This document shows positions 49,758 through 59,620 of a DNA stretch of 64,000 bases, in pieces. The notes below the pieces were generated by a model, which saw only the letters and a program-made list of their open reading frames with translations, was not told where the DNA came from and ran no database searches. Each line of letters begins with the position of its first letter. Position 1 is the first letter of the stretch. This stretch comes from Candidatus Latescibacterota bacterium (GTDB taxonomy: Bacteria; Latescibacterota; UBA2968; GCA-2709665): positions 3,456,001 through 3,520,000 of the forward strand of contig OZ244744.1 in NCBI GenBank assembly GCA_965219455.1. The letters run 5' to 3'. The translations under genes were made by a program, and so were the position numbers.

Positions 49758-50153
49758 CGAAAACTCCTCTGGCGTCGCATCGTCGAAATTGCCCTTAGCC
49801 ATCGACTACGTTGCCAAATAATAACATCTTACGGCCTTGAACCAATATACAACAGCCGCTGGTACATGTCAACGAACAGTGCCCGAGTTCAGACTTCGTA
49901 AGACACGCCGAAAGCGGCCGGAATCAAATATACACCTCGAATGTTGATGAATGAAAACAGTGTCTTGCGTCGATTCGACGGTGATTTCCAATCACGTCCA
50001 AATTTTGCTGAACCGGTATTAGCAAATTGGTGTCTTTACGCGTTGGAGCGTCGATCCCGGGACGCTCACCAGATTTCACGATTTTTAACATTTCTCGATC
50101 CTGACCCATAGTCAGGCAGTCAGAAAGGCGTTATCCGATAGGAAGGTAGAGCA

Positions 50154-50410
50154 ATGCGTCCAAAATTACATGGGTCGACGATGTTGGCCCTGCTGATTCC
50201 AGTTTTTCTACCGGTCTGCGACGGTGCTGCCAGTCAGCGCGCGCGCATTCATTAGTACGAGGATCTGTCGCTTGAGACCTTGACGGCCAAGTCGGGCAAG
50301 AAAAAGGAGGAATGGCTTCGGGCCTTCTGGAAGAAACGGGATATGGTGCTGGTGTCGGCGGGTACAGCCCGGGAGGCTGCGCACGACCGGAGGGTGTGGT
50401 ATACCTGGCC
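50154..50410 (+). pseudogene. Decayed GWxTD-protein gene remnant
   Basis: Ribosome-binding site plus signal-like start, an in-frame TAG, then YEDLSL...LRAFWKKRDMVLVSAGTAREAAHDRRVWY. This matches YKDISL...LKPFWRQRDPTLVSGGAHRQAEHYRRIWY of the gene at 44673. Confidence 0.7.
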
Positions 50411-50438
50411 GTTTTCGTTTCCGTCCTCAGCCACAGGA

Positions 50439-50819
50439 TCAGGCGCGTCGAATCCTCGGCGCAATCTCCGAGCAGTACATCCTCCGCCTGCCCGCCCGAA
50501 TATCGAGGACCTCCGCCAGAGCCGCCTGCGCGGTTTGAACCACGTCCCCCATATCGAGTCCCCTGTGGCCGGTGGGGAATGCCTCCAGCTTTCGAATCCC
50601 CCGTGTCAACAGGTGTTCCGCGCCCGCGTAATTCTCGCACGTCAGATGATAATAGCCCACGGCCACCTGAATCATCCCCTGAAAAAAAGGTTTTTCAGGG
50701 CCCCTCACATCCATCCAGACGTCCTCCCACGTGTCGTGAGATGCATAAAAGTCGCCGGAATTGAACTCCCGGACGCCTCGTTCGAACCTCTCGGTAATAT
50801 CAGGTGTGGGTTCCACCAT
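50439..50819 (-). CDS. DUF309 family protein
   Basis: GVREFN.G.FY..HD.WE..W, FFQGMIQVAVG.YH and N..GA..LL. Confidence 0.85.
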   Translation of the reverse strand: MVEPTPDITERFERGVREFNSGDFYASHDTWEDVWMDVRGPEKPFFQGMIQVAVGYYHLTCENYAGAEHLLTRGIRKLEAFPTGHRGLDMGDVVQTAQAALAEVLDIRAGRRRMYCSEIAPRIRRA

Positions 50820-50909
50820 ACAGGCTTCCTATGGCTCCAGCGGTACGGTGAACCAATAATAATGGCGGGCTCCAAGTCATACAGAGCCCGCCTGTCGCAG
50901 TTTTCGACG

Positions 50910-51431
50910 CTAATCCTTCGATTTCAAGCCCTTGTAGACTTCCCTCCGTCTTATGTATCCATCGGTATTCTTCCTGAAGCGCGCGATCTCATCATCCGTC
51001 AGTTCCCGCCGTACCCTGGCTGGCACGCCCGCCGCCAGCGTCCGGGCCGGTATCTCCATGCCCTCCAACACAAGCGCACCGGCCGCCACGAGCGATTCCT
51101 CGCCGACCCGTGCGCGATTCAAAACCGTTGCGCCCATCCCGATGGTTGCCCCCCGAGCCACCTCACAACCGTGCAGAATCGCGTTGTGGCCAACTGTTAC
51201 GTAATCACCCACGGTGCAGGGGCACCCGGGATCGGTATGCAGGACCGCTCCGTCCTGGATATTGGACCCTATGCCGATCCGGATCGGTTCCTCGTCGCCT
51301 CGCAACACGGCATTGAACCAGACGCCCGCTTCGGCCGCGATCCACACCCTTCCAACAAGTATCGCACCTTCAGCCAGAAATGCCGAGTCGTCAATTGCCG
51401 GCGTTGCATCCTGATACTGCAAGATTCTCAA
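50910..51431 (-). CDS. Gamma-carbonic-anhydrase-like hexapeptide repeat protein
   Basis: WFNAVLRGD, SNIQDG.VLH, TVGHNAILHGC and GVPARVRR; GGAGG before TTG 51431. Confidence 0.92.
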   Translation of the reverse strand: MRILQYQDATPAIDDSAFLAEGAILVGRVWIAAEAGVWFNAVLRGDEEPIRIGIGSNIQDGAVLHTDPGCPCTVGDYVTVGHNAILHGCEVARGATIGMGATVLNRARVGEESLVAAGALVLEGMEIPARTLAAGVPARVRRELTDDEIARFRKNTDGYIRRREVYKGLKSKD

Positions 51432-51538
51432 TATATCCTCCCGATATCGAGGCAATCGGCAATTGGCTTCCAGCCATCCACACTCAACGTCTTCGAGGAT
51501 ATCACGGGTGCAATGCGGGGCGGGATTGGAAAATCAGC

Positions 51539-52594
51539 CTATTCGCCCCCGAACTCACGTTTCCCCTCTTCCAGTTCGCCGTCGGATTTACGATCCCGTT
51601 TGTCGCTTACGGGACCCAGCACAAACTCACGTTTTCCAGGACCGCCTCGCGATCGGAACAGACCGGTGAGAAATCCGATTCCTCCCGATATCGATGCGAA
51701 CAGAATGGCTGTCTCTTTGACGGGAGAGTCCGACTGCCAGGCGGCAAGTGTACCCAGAATGGCGCCGGACACGGCGCCCCCTACGCCCATCCGGATAGCG
51801 GTGCCAAGCTTTGTCGAACGCTTCCCCCGAAGGAACAGGACACGTTCGATATCATCAACCGGAACCCGCCGGGCATCGATTCCGGATTGGACCAGTATGG
51901 TTCCGTCGTCGAATTCCGGCAACAATTGCCCCTGTATCCGCTCTCCGTCCTTCAAAACGACCCCGCCTGGAAGACGGCGCGTTATCCCGGCGCGCGTGCG
52001 TCGTTCTACGAAGGAAATTTCCCGATCGGTATACTTGGGATACTCCGCATCTTCGGGCAATTTGGATTCGAATCCAATCTTATATTCGCCCTTCCGGACC
52101 TCGTCGAAATGCTCGACGTATTCACGTAGCCGTCGGAGCGCATCCTCGTCCTTTACCGGCATCGTCCTGTCCGCGATCTCCGAGCCCGACCGGTACCGGA
52201 TCCTCACCATCACGCGCTCGCCAAGTTTCAGAAAAGTGGCTGTCTGGAGACCCGGAACAGCCACGTCTAAAAACCGCAGTGGAACCCTCTCGTTATAGAC
52301 GCTGCGCCCGTGGAAGAGAGAGTACCGGTTGCTCTCCTCCAGGTCGATTTCCGGTCCCACGAGTGGGCTGAGTACTACCAGCTTCCCTTTAATCTGTCTG
52401 ATGTCGACGATGGACCAGCCTTCGTCTTCCAGGGCTTCGATCGTCCGGGTGGTTTTGGGGCGTTCTTCGCCATTCTCTTCTACCGTCTCCGCCATTTCAC
52501 CGGTGGATTCCGCCGCCCACGTCTGACCCGCTCCAACCAGGCTGGCCCACAGCAGACAACAGGCGCAAAGCATAGCGATTGATTTTCGAAACAT
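51539..52594 (-). CDS. Hypothetical exported/membrane protein
   Basis: GGAG ribosome-binding site, signal peptide and C-terminal glycine-rich TM pair. Confidence 0.65.
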   Translation of the reverse strand: MFRKSIAMLCACCLLWASLVGAGQTWAAESTGEMAETVEENGEERPKTTRTIEALEDEGWSIVDIRQIKGKLVVLSPLVGPEIDLEESNRYSLFHGRSVYNERVPLRFLDVAVPGLQTATFLKLGERVMVRIRYRSGSEIADRTMPVKDEDALRRLREYVEHFDEVRKGEYKIGFESKLPEDAEYPKYTDREISFVERRTRAGITRRLPGGVVLKDGERIQGQLLPEFDDGTILVQSGIDARRVPVDDIERVLFLRGKRSTKLGTAIRMGVGGAVSGAILGTLAAWQSDSPVKETAILFASISGGIGFLTGLFRSRGGPGKREFVLGPVSDKRDRKSDGELEEGKREFGGE

Positions 52595-52688
52595 AACCTT
52601 CTCCCTGGATGTGAGGTGGTCTCCCGGCACGACTTCAATGTAAGGCGGATATTTCGGATGGTCACGCGCCCGAGCCGACCACGCAAAC

Positions 52689-52710
52689 AAAAAAACGGGT
52701 CGTCGACCCG
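52689..52710 (-). terminator. Putative terminator of the arg operon
   Basis: CGGGTC-GAC-GACCCG stem followed by a T7 run on the minus strand. Confidence 0.55.
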
Positions 52711-52786
52711 CGCACCCGACCTTAGTCGGCGCACAACACTGCCTCGTAAACGCCCCATCCGACCCAAAGTTCCGTCGCGGGCGTGG

Positions 52787-53422
52787 CTAATCCGGTTCGT
52801 GCTCTATATCCTCGATCTCAGCCGTAATGCCGTCCATGATGTAGGGTCGATACTTCTTAAACACCGCTCGACGCTTGAACCATCCACCATCCGGCATCGC
52901 CGTTCCCGCCACCCGTACGAATTGCATTAAATCGATGCTGTCTGAATCACATTTTCCGTAAAGCCATATTCCCAGCCGCCGCCGGACTTCTCGCTGCGAT
53001 TCCCGGGTTACCGGCATCGCTTTATCGAGTGCAAGCAAAACCTCCCGATCCGCAAGCACCGACGCGTCGCGCAGGTATTGCCGCGCAGGCCGCACGAGCC
53101 GTTCCGGATCGAAGACGGCCATGCCGGTTATAAAGTCGATGTCTCCTTCCGCAACCACGTCCATGAACAGCGTGCGCATACGGTTTTTTAACCCGCCATA
53201 GTCATGCAGCAGGCGATTAGACCTCGGGTTCACACCCACGCATAGCGTGCCCAGGCCATTGTACCGCCGGCACTCTGAAACGAAGTCGGCCTCGTTATCG
53301 AACAGCCCGATGCCGATGACATGGTCTCCGTCCATGGCTTTCAGTTGCGTGAGGCCAAGTTCCGGACTGTGTTGCAGGAGGTCGTGGTGTCGCCGTACGT
53401 CGCGCTCGCTGAAGGACTTCAA
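52787..53422 (-). CDS. Hypothetical protein coupled to argH, possibly a degenerate primase-polymerase fold
   Basis: TTGA overlap with the argH stop; motifs GLFDN, VGVNPR, DIDFI and VRVAGT. Confidence 0.65.
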   Translation of the reverse strand: MKSFSERDVRRHHDLLQHSPELGLTQLKAMDGDHVIGIGLFDNEADFVSECRRYNGLGTLCVGVNPRSNRLLHDYGGLKNRMRTLFMDVVAEGDIDFITGMAVFDPERLVRPARQYLRDASVLADREVLLALDKAMPVTRESQREVRRRLGIWLYGKCDSDSIDLMQFVRVAGTAMPDGGWFKRRAVFKKYRPYIMDGITAEIEDIEHEPD

Positions 53423-54825
53423 CCTTCCGCTCCCCGTGATCTCCGGTTCAACGTCTGCCTCCCGGTGCGGATCTGGGCCAGCACGGCCTGGTAACCCGTC
53501 CCACCGTCCAGACCCCGCCGGTTGACACTGTCCTCGGCGCGAAGCGACTCCCCGACATCAGCCTCAATCAAATCGCACTCCGATCGGAGCGTCGGCAGGT
53601 CAGTTTCGTCCAGGCGCCGACCCTCCGACACGGCCTTCCGGACCAGTCTGCCCACGATCCTGTGAGTTTCCCGAAAGGGCAACCCTTTCCGCACCAGGTA
53701 ATCCGCCAGATCCGTCGCCACAACGGTGCCGTCGAGAGCTTCGCGCATTCGCCCGGTCAGGACCGTCATTGTCTCCCACGCGCCGGCAAACACCGCCAGC
53801 ACCTGATTGATCGTATCGACCGTATCAAAGAAGGCCTCTTTGTCCTCCTGAAGATCCTTCGAATAGGTGAGGGGCAATCCCTTCATCACCGTCAAAAGCG
53901 ACATCAGATTGCCGTACACCCGTCCTGTCTTTCCCCGGATAAGTTCCAGAGAATCCGGGTTCTTTTTCTGCGGCATCATGCTCGATCCCGTGCTGTACCC
54001 GTCGTCGAGTTCGACGAACTGAAACTCGGACGATGACCACACGATCAGATCCTCACAAAACCGGCTCAGGTGTCCCATCAGAATTGCCGCGGCGGACATA
54101 TACTCCAGCAGATAATCCCTGTCGCTCACCGCGTCGATGCTGTTTTCGGTGATCCGCGAGAAACCCAGCTCCGACGCCAGAAATTTCCGGTCGACCGGAT
54201 ACGCGCTGCCGGCGAATGCCCCCGACCCTAGCGGCATGGCATCCGCCCTATCGGAGCATGCCATGAATCGTCCCCGGTCCCGATCCAGCATCCAGAACAA
54301 TGCCATCGTATAGTGTGACAGGCGCACGGGCTGCGCCTGTTGCAGATGTGTATATCCCGGCATTAAAGCGTCGATGTGCCGATCCGCGAAGTCCACGAGA
54401 ACGGCCTGCAACCGGTCGATTCCGCCAACGGTATCCCGTGCCGCCTCCCGCAGGTACAGGCGCTCATCCAGCGCCACCTGATCGTTCCGGCTGCGCCCCG
54501 TATGCAGCTTGCCGCCCACCTCGCCCACAATCTGGATCAGCCGCGCCTCCACCGCCATATGTATGTCTTCCAGGTGTTCGCCCATCGAAAGGCGCCCTTC
54601 GGCAGCTTCCACTTCCACCCGGTCCAGCCCCTTAAGGACACAATCCAATTCCTGCGAGTTCAAGACGCCAATCTTCGCCAGCGCTTTCGCTTGCGCCCTG
54701 CTCCCGGCGATATCCACCCTGTAGAGCCGCCGGTCGAACCCGATGGACGCGTTGAATTGCTCCATGAGTCTGTCCGACGGCTTATCAAACCGCCCCGACC
54801 AGGGTTTTTCTACAGATCCTTTCAT
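53419..54825 (-). CDS. argH: Argininosuccinate lyase
   Basis: WSGRF, LHTGRSRNDQV, PGYTHLQ.AQP and GSSMMPQKKNPD. Confidence 0.97.
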   Translation of the reverse strand: MKGSVEKPWSGRFDKPSDRLMEQFNASIGFDRRLYRVDIAGSRAQAKALAKIGVLNSQELDCVLKGLDRVEVEAAEGRLSMGEHLEDIHMAVEARLIQIVGEVGGKLHTGRSRNDQVALDERLYLREAARDTVGGIDRLQAVLVDFADRHIDALMPGYTHLQQAQPVRLSHYTMALFWMLDRDRGRFMACSDRADAMPLGSGAFAGSAYPVDRKFLASELGFSRITENSIDAVSDRDYLLEYMSAAAILMGHLSRFCEDLIVWSSSEFQFVELDDGYSTGSSMMPQKKNPDSLELIRGKTGRVYGNLMSLLTVMKGLPLTYSKDLQEDKEAFFDTVDTINQVLAVFAGAWETMTVLTGRMREALDGTVVATDLADYLVRKGLPFRETHRIVGRLVRKAVSEGRRLDETDLPTLRSECDLIEADVGESLRAEDSVNRRGLDGGTGYQAVLAQIRTGRQTLNRRSRGAEG

Positions 54826-54861
54826 CGAAATCTCCGCAACAATAAACCGTCTCCGGATTTC

Positions 54862-56115
54862 TCAGTTACCCTGCCGCCCTTCATCCACCTGTCCCGAAGC
54901 ACTCAGGGCCCTGGCGCTGACACTCAGCACATTCAGAAACCCCTCCGAATCCCGATGGTCGTAATCGCCGATCGCTTCCATCGAGGACAATTCGGACGAA
55001 TACAGCGAATGCGCCACGGCCGAGGAGGATTGATAGGTAACCGTTCCCTTGTAGACCGACACCGTCACCGATCCCGCCGCCAACGTCCGCACCGGAGCCA
55101 GGGCGCCGCGCATCATCTGCGACGACAGGTCGAAATAGTACCCCTGATAAATCTGCTCTGCGAGTGCCAATGAAAGCGTATCGTAGAATCGCCGCGCCCG
55201 CCGGTCCAGCACCTGCTGCAACAGGAACTGATAGCAGGCTCCCAGCAAGGCGAGCCCCGGGCTTTCGTACACGCCGCGGGACTTGATCCCCACGAAACGG
55301 TTTTCGACCGTGTGGATCCCGATGCCCACTCCGTGACGCCCGGCAACCTCGTTGGCCGTGGCGATCGCGGACACGGCGTCCACGGGCTCCCCGTTCATGA
55401 GTACCGGAAGACCCGCCTCCAACGTCACGGAAAACGTCTCCGGGCGGTCGGGTCCGTTCCGCGGAAAAACGCCCATGCCGGGCTCGATAAAGTCTGCTGC
55501 CACGTCCAGATATTCGAGTTTGCCGGCCTCATGGGTCAGGCCCAAAAGATTCGCATCCGTCGAATACGGCTTATCCTGCGTGGCCGTAATCGGGAGTTTT
55601 CGTGCCTGGCAGTAGGCGATCATCTCCCGCCGTCCGCCGAAATGCTCCAGGAACGCGTCGTCGCGCCAGGGCGCGTAAACCTTAACGGCGGGCGAAAGCA
55701 TGTTGGCGACAAGCTGGAAACGCACCTGATCGTTTCCGCGGCCCGTGGCCCCATGCGCAAGCACGTCGATATCGCGCGGCTGCATCTCCTTAAGGATCCC
55801 CTGCGTGGTCACGTGGCGGGCAAGACCGGTGGTATTCCAGTACCCGCCCTCATATACGGCGTTGGCAAGAAGCATTGTGATCGCCTCCCCGGCCAGATCC
55901 GCCTTCAGGTCCAGGATAACCGATTCCACGGCCCCGCAGGCCAACATCCGCCGCCCGATATCCTCGATATCGTCCTCGTCCGGCTGCCCGATATCCGCAG
56001 TCATGCTCACCACCTCGACCCCCTGGTCGGCCAGCCAGCGCGCGACCGTGCAGCTGTCAAGCCCGCCGGAGGCCGCCAGCGCAATCCGCTTTCCCCGAAT
56101 ACCTTCCACCGTCAT
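54862..56115 (-). CDS. argG: Argininosuccinate synthase
   Basis: SGGLDS, HGATGRGNDQVRF, APWR, YSTDANL and VENRFVGIKSRGVYESPG. Confidence 0.95.
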   Translation of the reverse strand: MTVEGIRGKRIALAASGGLDSCTVARWLADQGVEVVSMTADIGQPDEDDIEDIGRRMLACGAVESVILDLKADLAGEAITMLLANAVYEGGYWNTTGLARHVTTQGILKEMQPRDIDVLAHGATGRGNDQVRFQLVANMLSPAVKVYAPWRDDAFLEHFGGRREMIAYCQARKLPITATQDKPYSTDANLLGLTHEAGKLEYLDVAADFIEPGMGVFPRNGPDRPETFSVTLEAGLPVLMNGEPVDAVSAIATANEVAGRHGVGIGIHTVENRFVGIKSRGVYESPGLALLGACYQFLLQQVLDRRARRFYDTLSLALAEQIYQGYYFDLSSQMMRGALAPVRTLAAGSVTVSVYKGTVTYQSSSAVAHSLYSSELSSMEAIGDYDHRDSEGFLNVLSVSARALSASGQVDEGRQGN

Positions 56116-56145
56116 TACACACGCTCCTTTTCCATCGGCCGCCAG

Positions 56146-57345
56146 CTAGCCTTTCAAGATTTCGTCAAATACCTCCATGACGTGGTCGATATTCCCCGGC
56201 TCAATGACCAGAGGCGGCAGAAATCGCACCACATCGGGACCGGCGGTACACACCAGTATTTCCCGCTCCCGAAATGCGCCCATCACGTCCGCGGCCGGGA
56301 CGTCGGCCAATACGGCGCCGGCGATCAACCCCATGCCACGAACCTCCGTGATTTTCTCCGGATAACGATCTTTCAGCGCGTTCAGCCGGCACCTAAGATG
56401 GTCGCCCTTCGCCCTGACACCCGCGATAAATTCCGGTTCGGAGAGTTGCCCGAAGACCTCGATGCCAACGGCGCAGCAAACCGGGTGCGCGCCGAACGTG
56501 GCCGCGTGGTCACTCGGCTCCACGGCGTCGGCGACGGCCTGGCTCATCAATGTTGCGCCGATCGGCAGCCCGCCGGCCAGGGGTTTGGCCAGTGTCATGA
56601 TATCCGGCGTCACGCCGTAGTGCTCGTAACAAAACAGGGATCCGGTCCGGCAGAGTCCGGACTGGATCTCGTCGAACACCAGTAGCATCTTCATCTCATC
56701 GCACAACTGTCGCAGCCCTTCGAGGAACGATGGGTCTGCCGAATGAATACCGCCCTCGGCCTGGAGGGGCTCCAGAATCACCGCCACCGTCTCCGCGTCA
56801 ACCAGCCGCTCCACGGATTCGAGATCGTTGAAATCCGCGAACGAGATTCCGGGCAACATGGGTCCGAATCCCTTGTGGTACTTCGGCTGACCCGTGGTGG
56901 CAACCGACCCCATCGTGCGTCCGTGAAACGAGTTGTTCATCGCAATGAACTTGTACTTCGCGCGGTCCTCGAAATTCCTGTACCCCCACTTCCGCGAAAA
57001 TTTCAGCGCGGCTTCCCAGGACTCCGTTCCGCTATTGCAGAAGAATACGCGATCCGCGAATGAACGTTCACAAAGCATTCTCGCCAACTGAGGCGCGGGA
57101 ATCGTATGGTACAGGTTCGAGACGTGGATCAGCTTCCGCGCCTGCGCCGACATCGCGTCGCCAATGGTCGGGTTGTTGTATCCCAGTGCATTCACGGACA
57201 AGCCGCTCACGAAATCCAGATACTGTTTCCCGTCGGTGTCGAACAGATGTACCCCGTCTCCACGTTCCAGTACAAAGTCGGGCCGTGCATAGGTCTGCAG
57301 AATGTAGCTTTGCTCCAGATCGATTATCGCCTTCGTATCCATCAT
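56146..57345 (-). CDS. argD: Acetylornithine aminotransferase
   Basis: HVSNLY, FFCNSGTE, SFHGRT, EPLQAEGG, DEIQSG and TLAKPLAGG. Confidence 0.93.
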   Translation of the reverse strand: MMDTKAIIDLEQSYILQTYARPDFVLERGDGVHLFDTDGKQYLDFVSGLSVNALGYNNPTIGDAMSAQARKLIHVSNLYHTIPAPQLARMLCERSFADRVFFCNSGTESWEAALKFSRKWGYRNFEDRAKYKFIAMNNSFHGRTMGSVATTGQPKYHKGFGPMLPGISFADFNDLESVERLVDAETVAVILEPLQAEGGIHSADPSFLEGLRQLCDEMKMLLVFDEIQSGLCRTGSLFCYEHYGVTPDIMTLAKPLAGGLPIGATLMSQAVADAVEPSDHAATFGAHPVCCAVGIEVFGQLSEPEFIAGVRAKGDHLRCRLNALKDRYPEKITEVRGMGLIAGAVLADVPAADVMGAFREREILVCTAGPDVVRFLPPLVIEPGNIDHVMEVFDEILKG

Positions 57346-57398
57346 CCACTCCCCGGTTGGTTGGGTTCCCTATAATCTACACAGTCCGCGTATCCGCT

Positions 57399-58274
57399 TC
57401 ATTGAACAATCTCGGTACCGATCCCCTCACGCGTGAAGACTTCGAGAAGCAGCGCGTGTGGAACTCGTCCGTCTATAATGTGGGTCTTATTCACGCCCCC
57501 TCTCACCGAACGCACACAAGCCTGAAGCTTCGGAATCATCCCTCCCTTTGCCGTACCGTCATGGATCAGGCTCTCCACGTCGTTTACGTGCAATGTTGAA
57601 ATCCTGGAATCCGGATCGGCGCTATCTCTCAAAATGCCATTTACGTCCGTCAAAAAAACCAGCTTCTCCGCCTGAAGCGTCCGCGCAATCTCCCCTGCGG
57701 CCGTATCCGCGTTCACGTTGTAACTCCTGCCATCGGCGCCCAGGCCGATTGGCGCGATCACCGGAATCGTCTCATTCTCGCACGCGCTTCGAACCGGTTC
57801 CGGGTCCACCCTGTGCACATCGCCCACAAACCCGATATCCTGCTTTCCGTCGGACGCCAACTGCGCATAGTGTTTACGGACGTGCATAACGCCGGCTTCC
57901 TTCGCCGACATCCCGAGTGCGCAACCGTCAAGTGCCTGGATTCCCTCGACAATCCGTCTGTTCACCACCCCGAACAGCGTGTCTTCGACCACATGCATCG
58001 ACGCCGCGTCCGTAACGCGCAATCCGTTTATCCACTTCGACTCCAACCCGGCGTCCTGCAGGCGTCTGCTGATTTCCTTGCCGCCGCCATGCACGACCAC
58101 CGGCCGCATACCCACCGTTTCCATGAAGACCAGATCCGCCAGAATCGTCTCCGACCCGCCGTCGTCCGGCTGTGTACTGCCCCCGTATTTCACAACGACG
58201 ATTTTGTCTCGAAACGAACGGATATAGGGAAACGCCTCTACCAGCGTCGCTGCTTTCTGGATGAATTGCTCCAT
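57399..58274 (-). CDS. argB: Acetylglutamate kinase
   Basis: VVKYGG, VVHGGG, GLRVTD, NVNAD, GGMIPK and HIIDGR. Confidence 0.96.
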   Translation of the reverse strand: MEQFIQKAATLVEAFPYIRSFRDKIVVVKYGGSTQPDDGGSETILADLVFMETVGMRPVVVHGGGKEISRRLQDAGLESKWINGLRVTDAASMHVVEDTLFGVVNRRIVEGIQALDGCALGMSAKEAGVMHVRKHYAQLASDGKQDIGFVGDVHRVDPEPVRSACENETIPVIAPIGLGADGRSYNVNADTAAGEIARTLQAEKLVFLTDVNGILRDSADPDSRISTLHVNDVESLIHDGTAKGGMIPKLQACVRSVRGGVNKTHIIDGRVPHALLLEVFTREGIGTEIVQ

Positions 58275-58339
58275 CGTACAATCCTTACATCAATTACCCG
58301 GCGCCAGAACCCGTATCCGGCAAGATACCGCGCGGTTAG

Positions 58340-58519
58340 CAGCCCGTTGAAAAAGTCCATCTGGGCTGCCTGCCTGTGCGTACGCACGCAGACAGGCGGC
58401 CGGCCCTTCTGGCCGAATTACTGCGTTGCGCTCCGTCCCCGAATCCCCCGATTCGACTCGGTCGTGCCTGTCTGCGTGCACCGCACAGGCAGGCGCCTTG
58501 TCTTCGGCCACAATGGCTC
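58340..58519. mobile_element. Truncated second MITE copy carrying two REP-like inserts
   Basis: Left TIR CAGCCCGTTGAAAAAGTC and internal sequence match the 46901 copy; right TIR absent. Confidence 0.8.
58369..58493. repeat. Inverted pair of 27-28 bp REP-like hairpins
   Basis: CCTGCCTGTGCGTACGCACGCAGACAGG (58369-58396) and CCTGTCTGCGTGCACCGCACAGGCAGG (58467-58493) are near reverse complements and are absent from the first MITE copy. Confidence 0.8.
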
Positions 58520-59464
58520 AGTTCGTGCTGTAAACCCCGTCAATACCGTATAGTCTGGGCAGCCCGAACATCAGGTTCAAATTCTCGACCGCCTGGCTGG
58601 CTGCGCCCTTGCCCAGATTATCTTCCATTGAGCAGATGTAGGCAAACCCTTCGTCTACGCCCACCTTGATCGCCAATTTATGCGTACCGACGACGTCGCG
58701 CGTGCCCCACTGTCTGTCCGCCGAATCCTCCACGGGACAGACGAGGTCCTCGTCAGTGTACGCAGATGCGATCGCCTCGATCAATTGCCTGCTTGCCTCA
58801 GGCGGGGGAAACGCCTTTAATCTGTCGGCCAGTTCGATTCGTATATTGGCATTGATACCCGCGAATACCGACCGCAGGACAACAGGCGTGAAGTTCACCC
58901 GAAACCCGGAGTAAAACTCCATTTCCGGCACATGTTTGTGCCGCCGGCCGAAACTGTAGGTTACCTCGTCAGGTTCCTGTTGCACCTCCCTGCGGGCGCC
59001 CGAGTTTCCCGACGTGGCCACAACCGTTGCCTCCCCCTGCACCATTCCTTCCAATGGTTTCAGAGCCAGAATGACGCTGGTTGGATAACAGCCCGGATTG
59101 CCCACCAATCGCGCGCCGGCAATCCGGTCGGCGAACAGCGCAGGCATCCCGTAAACCGCCTCTTCAAGAAGCGCCGGCGCCCGGTGGTCCAACCGTAGCC
59201 GGCTTCGAACAGCCGTCTCGGCAACCGGAATGCACCGCTCATATCGATCACTCTCGCGCCCGCGTCCAACGCCTGCGGCGCGAATTGCATCGACTCCGGG
59301 TCTTTGGTAGCCAGAAAAACCAGTTCGCACTCGTCCAGGGCCCCCTGCCGACGCCTTGAATTCTGTCGGAAACCGATCTCCGCACGGTCGTGGTGTGCCA
59401 GTACCCGTTCTATCTCCTGGCCGACCATCCCCGTATCGCCGTAAATGCCAACTCTCAATACCAC
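58518..59464 (-). pseudogene. argC: N-acetyl-gamma-glutamyl-phosphate reductase with a frameshift (real or sequencing error)
   Basis: The N-half (GIYGDTGMVGQE, VIDMSGAFRL) and C-half (AVYGMP, NPGCYPTS, HKHVPE, DNLGKGAASQAVENLN) lie in different frames; shift near 59191-59194. Confidence 0.88.
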
Positions 59465-59620
59465 GCGGATCCTCCCGCAGATCCATGTACGCCATCTTGT
59501 GTCGTTGGTTCGGAAAACCGTGAGGGACGCCATTCCTCTCGCTTCGTTCCCCTTCTCGCCGACACAGTCGAGACGCGGCTTGCTGCATCGTTCGGCATGC
59601 GATTCACTCTCCGGATCCGA

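Noticed and set aside
50280-52298. 672-aa plus-strand ORF
   Set aside because: It is antisense to three well-supported minus-strand genes; only its first ~45 codons are meaningful (the GWxTD remnant).
55312-56685. 457-aa plus-strand ORF
   Set aside because: Shadow of argG/argD with no family motifs.
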